Shown: piece by piece, positions 19,691 to 28,517 of the stretch
How positions within the stretch are numbered: the stretch's first letter is position 1
How the letters are laid out: every line of letters starts with the position of its first letter
DNA from: Candidatus Latescibacterota bacterium
GTDB lineage: Bacteria; Latescibacterota; UBA2968; UBA8231
NCBI GenBank assembly: GCA_965203355.1
Contig: OZ241889.1
Span: 2,016,001-2,080,000 of the forward strand
Length of the DNA: 64,000 bases
Reading direction: 5' to 3'
Position numbers and translations under genes: made by a program
Notes under the pieces: generated by a model
The model's input: only the letters and a program-made list of their open reading frames with translations
What the model was told of the DNA's origin: nothing
The model's database searches: none

Positions 19691-19854
19691 AGTGGCCGGT
19701 GGCCCGTCCCGACCCGTCCCGGATAGTGGCCAGTGGCCAGTGGCCTGTCCCAACCCATCCCCAGAAGCGATCGGGGGACTGACGACTGATCACTGACGAC
19801 TGATCACTGACGACTGACGACTGACGACTGACCACCGACCACTGACCACTAACC
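19691..19854. repeat. Bipartite inverted heptamer tandem repeat, copy 2
   Basis: Left arm (A/G)GTGGCC units (2+3), a C-rich spacer, then right arm of 11x ACTGAC(G/C)-like units at 19778-19854, just before the RBS of the next gene. Confidence 0.9.
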
Positions 19855-19866
19855 AAGGCAAATCCC

Positions 19867-20751
19867 ATGCTGACGCAAACACAGATTGATGAGTTCCGCC
19901 GCAACGGCTTTCTCAACGGCGGGCGCGTGCTCTCCGACGAGGAGCTTGGCGAATTGAGCGACGCGCTCGACGAGATTTTGACCAAAGGCCCGGATGGCTT
20001 TGCCCCGGGCGAGGCGCAGCCGGTATCCTTCCGCGATCTGGCCGGCGGGGGCGGCGTCAGCGAGCACCCAGTGTGGCAGATCGTCAATATCTGGGAGGCT
20101 GCGCCCGCTTGGGAACGGCTGATTTATCATCCGGCGGTCGTGCGAGGGATTAGCCAACTCACCGGCCATGCCGACCTCCAAGTCTGGCACGACCAGATTC
20201 AGTACAAACCCGCGCGCTACGGCGGCTCGACGCACTGGCACCAAGACGCGCCCTTGTGGCCGATTATCAAGCCGATGACGCCGGTCTCGGCGTGGATCCC
20301 TTTAGACGACGCGACCGAGGAAAACGGCTGCATGTGGATGGTGCCCGGCAGCCACGAGTGGGGCAATCAGATCGAGTTTTTGCGGACACAGGGGGGTTTG
20401 TCGCTGCTGGAAAACTTCAAGGACTTACAGGGCTTTACCCCGCCCGCCGACGCCGAGATCGGTGTGGTGGAGGCGCGGCCTTGGCCGGTGATGCGCGGGG
20501 AGGTTTCCTTCCACCACTCGCTGACTTGGCACGGCTCGCCCTTCAATCGGTCGCCGCGGCCCCGACGCGCCATTGCCATTCACTACATGACGGGCGCGGC
20601 GCGCTTCGACCAAAGCGGCGAGCACCTGATGAAGCAGTTCGTCGATTTGCCCGACAAGGCCCCGATGGCCGAGGCTGGCCCGCACTTTCCGGTGGTGTGT
20701 CGCGACGAGGAGCCGGTGGGGATGCCCGAGCGGCTGCGGGTGCCGGGCTAG
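19867..20751 (+). CDS. Phytanoyl-CoA dioxygenase (PhyH) family Fe(II)/2OG oxygenase
   Basis: WHQD, SAWIPLDD..ENGCM..VPGSH, FHHSLTWHGS..N....RR. Confidence 0.9.
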   Translation: MLTQTQIDEFRRNGFLNGGRVLSDEELGELSDALDEILTKGPDGFAPGEAQPVSFRDLAGGGGVSEHPVWQIVNIWEAAPAWERLIYHPAVVRGISQLTGHADLQVWHDQIQYKPARYGGSTHWHQDAPLWPIIKPMTPVSAWIPLDDATEENGCMWMVPGSHEWGNQIEFLRTQGGLSLLENFKDLQGFTPPADAEIGVVEARPWPVMRGEVSFHHSLTWHGSPFNRSPRPRRAIAIHYMTGAARFDQSGEHLMKQFVDLPDKAPMAEAGPHFPVVCRDEEPVGMPERLRVPG

Positions 20752-20752
20752 G

Positions 20753-21982
20753 CTACTCGGACTTTGGCGGCTGGGCAAACAAGTTTGACCAATCCATCCG
20801 GCCGGTTAGCTGCATGGTGGCAAAGAGCGTGGCAACGCACAAGATGGTAATGGCCAAGCCGGTATAGCCGACAAAGAAGAAAGTGTAGGAGAAAAGCACC
20901 AAGTAGATGAATTGGGCCAATCCGACCTCCACCAAGGCCAGCCGCAGGCCGACCACGAGCCGCATGTAGGAGATGACCAAGAAAACGGATACGGCCGCCG
21001 CCAGCAAAAAGGCGTAGTGAATGAGCAAGTGGTCGGCCAAATAAGCCAAAAGCAAGTGGAAGCTGAAAAAGGCCGCACCGACGAAGAAGTAATTCATCGG
21101 ATGGATGTCGATGCCTTTGACCGCGGCAAAGACGAAGAGCGCGAAGAAAAAGAGGAAGAGGGATATGGGCGCGGCCAGGGTCACGTCTTGGACCCAAGGG
21201 CCTGGATTGAGGCGTGCGGGCATGACCATGCCGAGGGAGGCTCCCGTGAGCAAGCGATCGTATTGCCAAGTGAGACGCCAGCCCTCGGCCGTGCGCTCCT
21301 TTTGGGTGGGCGACAGGCTTTGGCGCGGGAAATCAATGGCGTCGAAATCAGTGTGCATGACCAGCTCGAAATCGGAGACCTGCTCGACGTGGTCGCCGAA
21401 GCGGTACCACCACTCGTCTAAACCTTGCGATTGATAGGAAAGACGGATCGGGCGGCTCTGGCCCGGTGCTAAGTGCAAGGGCTGTCGCAAGTGCCCTTCC
21501 GCCAGCGGCAGTGGGGCGATGGGTTGGCTGTCGACGGATAGGGCAAAATTGTCGTACACAGCTTGGGAAGTAGGTAGGGCCAGGTCGAAGGTCAGGTCGA
21601 GGGGGCGGTCGGTCGAGTTGGTCGCGATGTAAGTGGCGTCTAGTGCCACTTGGTAGGTAGCGTACCACAGCAGGCCCTTGCGGCGGTGTTCGAGGTTTAG
21701 CCCGACTTGTAGGCGGCTGGCTGCTAGGGGCAGGAGATGCCGCCGCTCCTTGATGTGCTCGGTCTCTTGGCCGTCGGCGGTCTGTGTGACGACGGTTTCC
21801 TCGGTGGTCCAGTACAGAAGTGGAGCGCGTTGGTGCTGGGAAGCACCCCACAACTGGCCGACCTCGGCTTTGAGTTTGGTGTCTTGGCTGTGGGTGCGGT
21901 GCGAGACGACCTGTGACAAGACGATCCAAGCGACACTCGTGCAGGCAAAAATGAAGCCGATAGCGGCGATGCGGTATAGCAT
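20753..21982 (-). CDS. CreD-like inner membrane protein
   Basis: N-terminal TM, periplasmic domain (RRKGLLWY), several C-terminal TMs including IHPMNYFFVG..F..F.LLL.YL. Confidence 0.7.
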   Translation of the reverse strand: MLYRIAAIGFIFACTSVAWIVLSQVVSHRTHSQDTKLKAEVGQLWGASQHQRAPLLYWTTEETVVTQTADGQETEHIKERRHLLPLAASRLQVGLNLEHRRKGLLWYATYQVALDATYIATNSTDRPLDLTFDLALPTSQAVYDNFALSVDSQPIAPLPLAEGHLRQPLHLAPGQSRPIRLSYQSQGLDEWWYRFGDHVEQVSDFELVMHTDFDAIDFPRQSLSPTQKERTAEGWRLTWQYDRLLTGASLGMVMPARLNPGPWVQDVTLAAPISLFLFFFALFVFAAVKGIDIHPMNYFFVGAAFFSFHLLLAYLADHLLIHYAFLLAAAVSVFLVISYMRLVVGLRLALVEVGLAQFIYLVLFSYTFFFVGYTGLAITILCVATLFATMQLTGRMDWSNLFAQPPKSE

Positions 21983-22108
21983 AAAGCCCTCCTTCAATTG
22001 CGTTTAGAACATCTTGCCGACAGCGAAGGTTCCTCTTAGAAAGATAATCGCCTCAAAAGCTAGTGGCGACAGGAGTCGCTGCTTATACGGCCCCGTCGTC
22101 AGGAACCG

Positions 22109-23789
22109 TCAATGCAATAGCGTCAGTTTATGCGTCTCGACCGTTCCATCAACCGCAAGCACCAACAGATAGGTGCCCGACGCTTGGGACTGCCCGGCTT
22201 GGTCGCGTCCGTCCCAGACGAATTGGTAACGGCCCGCCGGCCGCATCCCCTCGGCCGCCAACACCCGCACCTGTATAGATACGCACCCCAACCGACGCCG
22301 ACTGCGTCAACTCGAAGGCGAGGGTGACCGCTGGGTTGAAGGGATTGGGATACAGGCGCAGGGCGGCCACCGCTTCTTCGGCAGGGTTCGCCGCCTGCTC
22401 CTCGACAACGGTGCCGACTGGCGATCCCATCCACTCGCTGACCCGACAGATCCGACGCAAATGGGAAAACGATCCGCCCTCCCACGTATAGCCCCCAGAC
22501 AACATCGCGACTAAGAGATCCCCCTGTTGAGTAAAGAGTATGGACCAAGGTTGCCAGATAGTAGCCTGCAATGCCGGACCGTCATCGCCGATATGGTCTT
22601 GACAGCGATGCTCCGATAAACGCTTTCCAGCCGCTACGCGCTTTCCGGCTGAACAGCCTCGTAAATAACGGAAATCGAATCCGTTGCCGGCGACGGTTTC
22701 GATAATGCCGTCTGGCCGAACTCGATGAATGCGGTTGAAATAGTAATTGGCGATATACAAGCTACCCTGTGGGTCGATAGCGAGGCCTGCGGGGAAGTCT
22801 AAAAGGGCTTCGGTCGCCGGCTGGCCTTCGGCACCAAAGTACTGACGCCATTTGCCCTCAACTTCCTCGCCGACAATCTGATCGGGATCTTCCCCCAACC
22901 CGGTGATAGGTTCAGACTCGCCATCGGCAGAAAGGCGAAAGACCTGATGGCCCAGCGAAAAATACAGTACCCCTTGGCCATCCATGATAAGTTCCCGTAC
23001 TGAGTCTGCTTCCAGCAGCGTGGAGACGATCCCTTGGCCATCAATACGCCGGATGCCTCCCCGGCCGGCGACTAGCAGATTGCCTTCCCGATCGAAAACC
23101 AGCGCGTTGATGATGTCAAATTGCGCCTCGCTGGCCGGTCCACCATCGCCGCTGGACCCGACTTCGCCGGTGCCAGCAAAGGTGACTACCAACCCATCCG
23201 CCTCTAAACGTGCTATGCGGACTTTACTCGGCTCGCCGCCGGACCACACCGAATTGACATAATCGACGAAGTAGAGCCGACCCTGCCGGTCAAAGGTCAT
23301 CGCGCCTGGCGCGATGCGGGCGTCCAGAGCCGCGACGGTATCCTCCAAGACATTGAAACGCCGGAACACAGGGGGCATAGCAGTAGTTGTTTCATCGTAT
23401 CCGAGGGGATGCCGGTCGTAATCATAGTCGCCCTGGCGGTACGAGATGTGATACTGAGGAACGCCGACGATACGGGTGGCAGTGCCGTCGGCTTCGAGCC
23501 GGTAGATGATGGTTTGGTCGGCTATGTAGATGCGTCCTTGAGGGCCTACGGCCAACGTCTGCGGATAGTAGCTGTGGTACTCCGGCGCGGCGACGAGGTC
23601 GATCAGACCCCTTGTACTTTCGTGCTTTATTGGCGGGTAGATCGTGTAATCGCTGAAGGCGGCGAGGTAATCGCCGTCGGGAGCGGTTACGGTAGTGATG
23701 GTGCCCGGCGCACCACACGGTGACAGCCCCCACAGCGTTGCGCTCGGCGACAGCAAGCCCAATAAGGCGAGGAGAACCGGAGTCCGCAT
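22109..23789 (-). pseudogene. Secreted NHL-repeat beta-propeller with frameshifted FlgD-Ig C-terminal domain
   Basis: NHL/teneurin-like repeats (FAGTGEVGSSGDGGPA, GLAIDPQGSLYIA). A 14-bp deletion at 22273/22274 relative to the two sister copies shifts the frame inside the CTD. The rest of the CTD (QVRVLAAEG...KLTLLH) lies in another frame ending at 22109. Confidence 0.8.
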
Positions 23790-23802
23790 AGCATAGCTCC
23801 CG

Positions 23803-25509
23803 TCAATGCAATAGCGTCAACTTGTGCGTCTCGACCGTTCCATCAACCGCAAGCACCAACAGATAGGTGCCCGACGCTTGGGACTGCCCGGCTTGGTCGC
23901 GTCCGTCCCAGACGAATTGGTAGCTACCCGCCGGCCGCATCCCCTCGGCCGCGAGCACCCGCACTTGCTGCCCTAATTCATTATAGATACGCACCCCAAC
24001 CGACGCCGAATGCGTCAAGTCGAAGGCGAGGGTGACTGCTGGGTTGAACGGATTGGGATACAGGCGCAGGGCGGCCACCGCTTCTTCGGCAGGGTTCGCC
24101 GCCTGCTCCTCGACGGCCGTGTCGGCTGGCGATCCCATCCACTCGCTGACCCGACAGATCCGACGCAAGTGGGAAAACGCTCCGCCCTCCCACATATAGC
24201 CCCCAGACGACATCGCGACTAAGAGATCGTCTTCGGGCGTTAGCAGCAACCGGGAGGGCCACCAGATCGGAGCATCTAACGCCGAACCGCCATCGCCGAT
24301 ATGATCTTGGCAGTTAGGCCGCGAAAACTCTTCGCCATCCGCCACCCGTTTATCAGCGGCCATACAGCCTGGGGAAAAACCGTAATCCAAGCCGTTGCCA
24401 GCGATGGTTTCGAGGATGCCGTCGGGTCGGACGCGATGGATGCGGTGGAAATTAGCATTGGTAATATACAGCGTCCCTTGAGCGTCGAGTACCATGTCCG
24501 CTAGGTAGTCGAAAGGGGCCTCGGTCGCCGGTCGGCCGTTGGCGACAAAGTATCCACCTAACCGTTCTTCCGATTGCCATTCCCCTTCTAACGCGGCCTT
24601 TGCCATGGCTGAGTGCTCGTCCTGATTATGCGGATCGCCCCAATTCGATCCGGCCACGTGTTCGATCTCGCCATCGGCATGGCGGCGGAAGACCTGAGTC
24701 CGCGTCCCAAAATACAACATCCCTTGGCCAGCCACTCGCAACGATCCGGCCCAAGGCACCTCCACTAGCGTGGTGATTTTCCTTTGCGCGTCCATGCGCC
24801 GAATGCCCTTATTGCCCGAAAACAGCAGACGATCCTCCTGATCGAATACGAGCGAATAGATGATGGTCTCCTCAAATGGGCCGACAAAGGTGACCACCTG
24901 TCCATTGGCGTCCAACCGGGCGATGCGCACCAGGGTCGGCAATAGTGCTTCGGTCCAACTTCGGTCGACATAATCGACGAAGTAGAGCCGACCGTGCCGG
25001 TCGAAGGTCATCGCGCCTGGCGCGATGCGGGCATCCAGTGCCGCGACGGTATCTTCCAAGACATTGAAACGCTGCAACCAAGGGGGCATAGCAGTTCTTG
25101 TTTCATCGTATCCGAGGGGATGTTGGTCGTCGTCATAGTCGCCCTGGCGGTACGTGATATAATACTGGGGAACGCCGACGATGCGGGTGGCGGTGCCGTC
25201 GGCTTCGAGCCGGTAGATGATGGTTTGGTCGGCTATGTAGATGCGCCCTTGGGGGCCTACGGCCAACGTCTGCGGATAGTAGCTGCGGTACTCCGGTGCG
25301 GCCACCACGTCGATCAGGCCCCGTACGGTTTCGCGCTTTATTGGCGGATAGATCGTGTAATCGCTGAAGGCGGCGAGGTAATCGCCATCGGGAGCGGTTA
25401 CGGTGGTGATGGTGCCCGGCGCACCACAGGGCGGCAACCCCCACAGTGAGGTCGCCAAGAATAGCAGCCCCACCAAAACGGAGAGAACGCCATACCGATG
25501 CCTAAGCAT
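23803..25509 (-). CDS. Secreted NHL-repeat beta-propeller with FlgD-Ig C-terminal domain
   Basis: Signal peptide, NHL repeats, and YPNPFNP...WDGRDQAGQSQASGTY CTD. Paralog of 22109..23789. Confidence 0.85.
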   Translation of the reverse strand: MLRHRYGVLSVLVGLLFLATSLWGLPPCGAPGTITTVTAPDGDYLAAFSDYTIYPPIKRETVRGLIDVVAAPEYRSYYPQTLAVGPQGRIYIADQTIIYRLEADGTATRIVGVPQYYITYRQGDYDDDQHPLGYDETRTAMPPWLQRFNVLEDTVAALDARIAPGAMTFDRHGRLYFVDYVDRSWTEALLPTLVRIARLDANGQVVTFVGPFEETIIYSLVFDQEDRLLFSGNKGIRRMDAQRKITTLVEVPWAGSLRVAGQGMLYFGTRTQVFRRHADGEIEHVAGSNWGDPHNQDEHSAMAKAALEGEWQSEERLGGYFVANGRPATEAPFDYLADMVLDAQGTLYITNANFHRIHRVRPDGILETIAGNGLDYGFSPGCMAADKRVADGEEFSRPNCQDHIGDGGSALDAPIWWPSRLLLTPEDDLLVAMSSGGYMWEGGAFSHLRRICRVSEWMGSPADTAVEEQAANPAEEAVAALRLYPNPFNPAVTLAFDLTHSASVGVRIYNELGQQVRVLAAEGMRPAGSYQFVWDGRDQAGQSQASGTYLLVLAVDGTVETHKLTLLH

Positions 25510-25521
25510 AATCTTCTCCCG

Positions 25522-26377
25522 TCAATGCAATAGCGTCAACTTGTGCGTCTCGACCGTTCCATCAACCGCAAGCACCAACAGATAGGTGCCCGACGCTTGG
25601 GATTGCCCGGCTTGGTCGCGTCCGTCCCAGACGAATTGGTAGCTACCCGCCGGCCGCATCCCCTCGGCGGCTAGCACCCGCACCTGTTGACCCAACTCGT
25701 TGTAGATACGCACCCCAACCGACGCCGAATGCGTCAAGTCGAAGGCGAGGGTGACTTCTGGGTTGAACGGATTGGGGAAAACGCTTGCCTGCGTAACGCT
25801 ACTCTCCTTTGGGACGCGGCCGACTGCGATCTTTGAACTCTGGCCATCGCCGCCAAACAGAGAACGAATGCTGTTAGCACCTACGTAAATGTACGCATGG
25901 CCAGACGAGTCATTGGACGTGACCGTCCGCTGACCTAAGTTTTCGTAAGCGGACCTATTGTTAGCGCACCATTTAGTACTAGAGGTCATGGCGTTTCGAC
26001 CCGTAGCATGACCCAAGCCGAGGGCGTGCCCCAATTCGTGAGTCACAACGCTCTGCACATCCTTGGAACCCGTCCCACAGCGAGACGTGGTAGTCGTCCA
26101 ATTTCTGCGATCGTTGAGGACGATATCGACATCGGAAAACTCGCCGATGTCAACTCCGCTGGTCGGTGCCGTGAGCAGAGTATATCCATTAACGTGACTG
26201 ATGGTGCTGTGGTTGGACCAGAAAATGGTATTGACTCCGTCGTTGGGATTGTTGGTTCGATGTATATCCATTCCGTTATAGGTGATGCTGAGAGCAGTCG
26301 AATCAACGTTATGCCAAGAGGCGATGGCACTCTGAATGGCACTAACCGACGACCGCTCCCATCATGCGGTAATACAT
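25522..26377 (-). pseudogene. Matrixin (M10 metzincin) metalloprotease with FlgD-Ig CTD; 5' end out of frame
   Basis: HELGHALGLGH zinc motif plus Met-turn (NAM). The catalytic frame extends upstream of ATG 26271 through SAIQSAIASW to a stop. The strong RBS (AAGGAGG) and ATG 26377 are in another frame (MYYRMMGAVVG*). Confidence 0.65.
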
Positions 26378-26693
26378 AGCACACCTCCTTGTTGTTGGAC
26401 CATCGTTTGCCGCAGCGTGGTCGGTCCCAATCCGCTTGCGAATCGGCGGTGCGGACGCTAGTCGCGCTTATCAAAAAAACGCATCAAGCGATCCATACGT
26501 TCCATTGCCAGCATGGAAAGCCACCGGCATTGAGGGTCGTCAGGCGGTCTTGGGGAATGTGCTATCGCGGTTGGGTGTTTACTGGCATCGGTGGCCGGGG
26601 ACCCCACCGGTTTTACTGGTGGCCGTTGCACCTGCTGAGGTTTATCGTCAGCGGCCTAATATTGGCTATATTTGTAGGTGGAATTTATTTTTT

Positions 26694-28517
26694 GTGGTGA
26701 ACAGCTACACCGATTATCCATCTATTTTGTACCTGCCTTTAATTTTCTTTCTACTGTGCTGCGGTTGTGGTGCGTCCGAACACCCAGCCTTTTTCGTCGA
26801 GGTGGCTGCCGAGGCCGGGCTGGATTTCCGCCACACTAGTGGGGCCAGCGGCGATTACTTCCTAATTGAGACGATGGGAGCTGGTGCGGCCTTTTTCGAT
26901 TGCGACAACGATGGCTGGCTGGACGTTTATTTGGTGGATGGTTTCGACCTGTCGCCGTGGCGCGAGCGCTTAGTGCCGGTCAATCTCGTGGCCGGGGATT
27001 CAGCGGGGACCTGGGTCGTCGAAGAATTCCGACCGCCCCTGCGCTACGATGGCCGAGTGGATACTTCGGTATTGGCGTTGCGTCAGGCTCCTGACGTAGG
27101 CCAGACGCAAAATCGCCTCTATCAGAATATGGACGGGGCCTTCCGCGAGGTCACTGAGCAAATGGGGACAGGCGACTTGGGCTATGGTATGGGGGTTGCT
27201 GTCGGCGATTACGACAACGATGGTCGCTCGGATCTATATGTGACCAACTATGGCCGCAATGCCTTCTATCGCAATCGGGAGAACAGCACCTTTGCCGACC
27301 GGGCGCAGGTGGCCGGCGTGGCCGATCCCCACTGGAGCACGAGTGCGGCCTTTTTTGACTACGACAACGATGGTGATCTCGATCTATATGTGGTGAATTA
27401 CCTCGACTTGACGCCGGACACCAACCGCTTGTGCGGCGGTGCGGTCGCTAGTACCGGGGCCTCCTTGCGCGTTCCGGCTGGCCAGCGGACTTATTGCAGC
27501 CCGAGGCGGTACAACGGTGCGCCAGACGCGCTCTTTCGCAACGAGGGAAACGGGCGGTTTTCTGATGTGACACAAGCCAGCGGGGTATTTAGTCCCTTTG
27601 GCAAAGGGCTCGGGGTAGCGGCCGCTGATTTTGACTCCGATGGGTACCTCGATGTGTACGTGGCCAACGACGGCACACGCAATTTTTTCTATCGCAACCG
27701 CGGCGATGGCGCGTTTGTCGAGTCTGGGTTAGCAGCCGGAGCGGCGTACAATGGCGACGGCCAAGCCGAGGCTGGCATGGGGGTCGCGGTCGGCGATGGG
27801 GATGCCGATGGGGATGTCGATCTGTTGGTGACCAACTTTTCCCGCGAGAGCAACACGCTCTACCGCAACGATGGCGATGGCCGCTTTGCCGATGCGACGG
27901 AGGTCGCCGGCCTGAGCGGCCCGACCTTGCTACCACTGGGGTTTGGCGCGTTTTTTGCCGACGTTGACAACGATGTCGACGTGGATTTGTTCGTGGCCAA
28001 CGGCCACGTCCTCGACCGCATCGCCTTACAGGACTCAGCATTGACCCACGCCCAGCCCAACCAGCTTTTTATTAACGATGGCCACGGTGTCTTTGCCGAC
28101 GCGTCGCCCCGCAGCGGCCCGGCTTTTGGGCTGTCCGCGGTGTCGCGCGGGGCCGCTTATGGCGATGTCGATAACGACGGGGACTTGGATGTGCTGGTGA
28201 CCAATGTCGATGGTGCGGCGCGGCTGTACCGCAACGAGCTGCGGTCGGAACATCACTGGCTGTCCTTGCGGTTGGTGGGGACGCGGGCGAACCGCGATGC
28301 CGTTGGTGCGCGGGTGCGGGTGTTCTGCGGCGATGTGGTACAAACGCGCCAGCAGATTGGCGGGGGGACCTATCTGTCGGCGAGCGATAGTCGGTTGCAC
28401 TTTGGCTTAGGCGACTGCGCACTAGTGGAGCGGATCGAAATCACTTGGCCCGATGGCAGTGTGCAAGAGCGGCGCAGCGAGCCGGTTGATCATTTTTTGG
28501 TTGTGGAGCAGGAGTAG
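26694..28517 (+). CDS. CRTAC1-family FG-GAP/VCBS repeat protein with ASPIC/UnbV C-terminus
   Basis: Repeated D(Y/F)DNDGxxD(L/V)YVxN; C-terminal NRDAVGARV...GGTYLS...LHFGLG...WPDG. Start uncertain (GTG 26694/26697); lipobox-like LLCCGC. Confidence 0.88.
   Translation: MVNSYTDYPSILYLPLIFFLLCCGCGASEHPAFFVEVAAEAGLDFRHTSGASGDYFLIETMGAGAAFFDCDNDGWLDVYLVDGFDLSPWRERLVPVNLVAGDSAGTWVVEEFRPPLRYDGRVDTSVLALRQAPDVGQTQNRLYQNMDGAFREVTEQMGTGDLGYGMGVAVGDYDNDGRSDLYVTNYGRNAFYRNRENSTFADRAQVAGVADPHWSTSAAFFDYDNDGDLDLYVVNYLDLTPDTNRLCGGAVASTGASLRVPAGQRTYCSPRRYNGAPDALFRNEGNGRFSDVTQASGVFSPFGKGLGVAAADFDSDGYLDVYVANDGTRNFFYRNRGDGAFVESGLAAGAAYNGDGQAEAGMGVAVGDGDADGDVDLLVTNFSRESNTLYRNDGDGRFADATEVAGLSGPTLLPLGFGAFFADVDNDVDVDLFVANGHVLDRIALQDSALTHAQPNQLFINDGHGVFADASPRSGPAFGLSAVSRGAAYGDVDNDGDLDVLVTNVDGAARLYRNELRSEHHWLSLRLVGTRANRDAVGARVRVFCGDVVQTRQQIGGGTYLSASDSRLHFGLGDCALVERIEITWPDGSVQERRSEPVDHFLVVEQE

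Larger units (their letters stand above)
22109..25780 (-). repeat. Three near-identical 3' cassettes encoding the FlgD-Ig CTD (22109-~22530, 23803-~24230, 25522-~25780)
   Basis: The same nucleotide string (TCAATGCAATAGCGTCA...CGACCGTTCCATCAACCGCAAGCACCAACAGATAGGTGCCCGACGCTTGGGA...) occurs at all three stops. The 5' parts of the two NHL genes are also near-identical (~23260-23730 vs ~24965-25445). Confidence 0.9.

Noticed and set aside
7788-19854. Heptamer arrays as CRISPR
   Set aside because: The units are 7 nt and contiguous, with no unique spacers and no cas genes in the window.
26389-26700. Short ORF with a hydrophobic C-terminus whose stop overlaps the CRTAC1 start
   Set aside because: No credible RBS, start or family motif. 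Possibly a remnant, but the evidence is insufficient.
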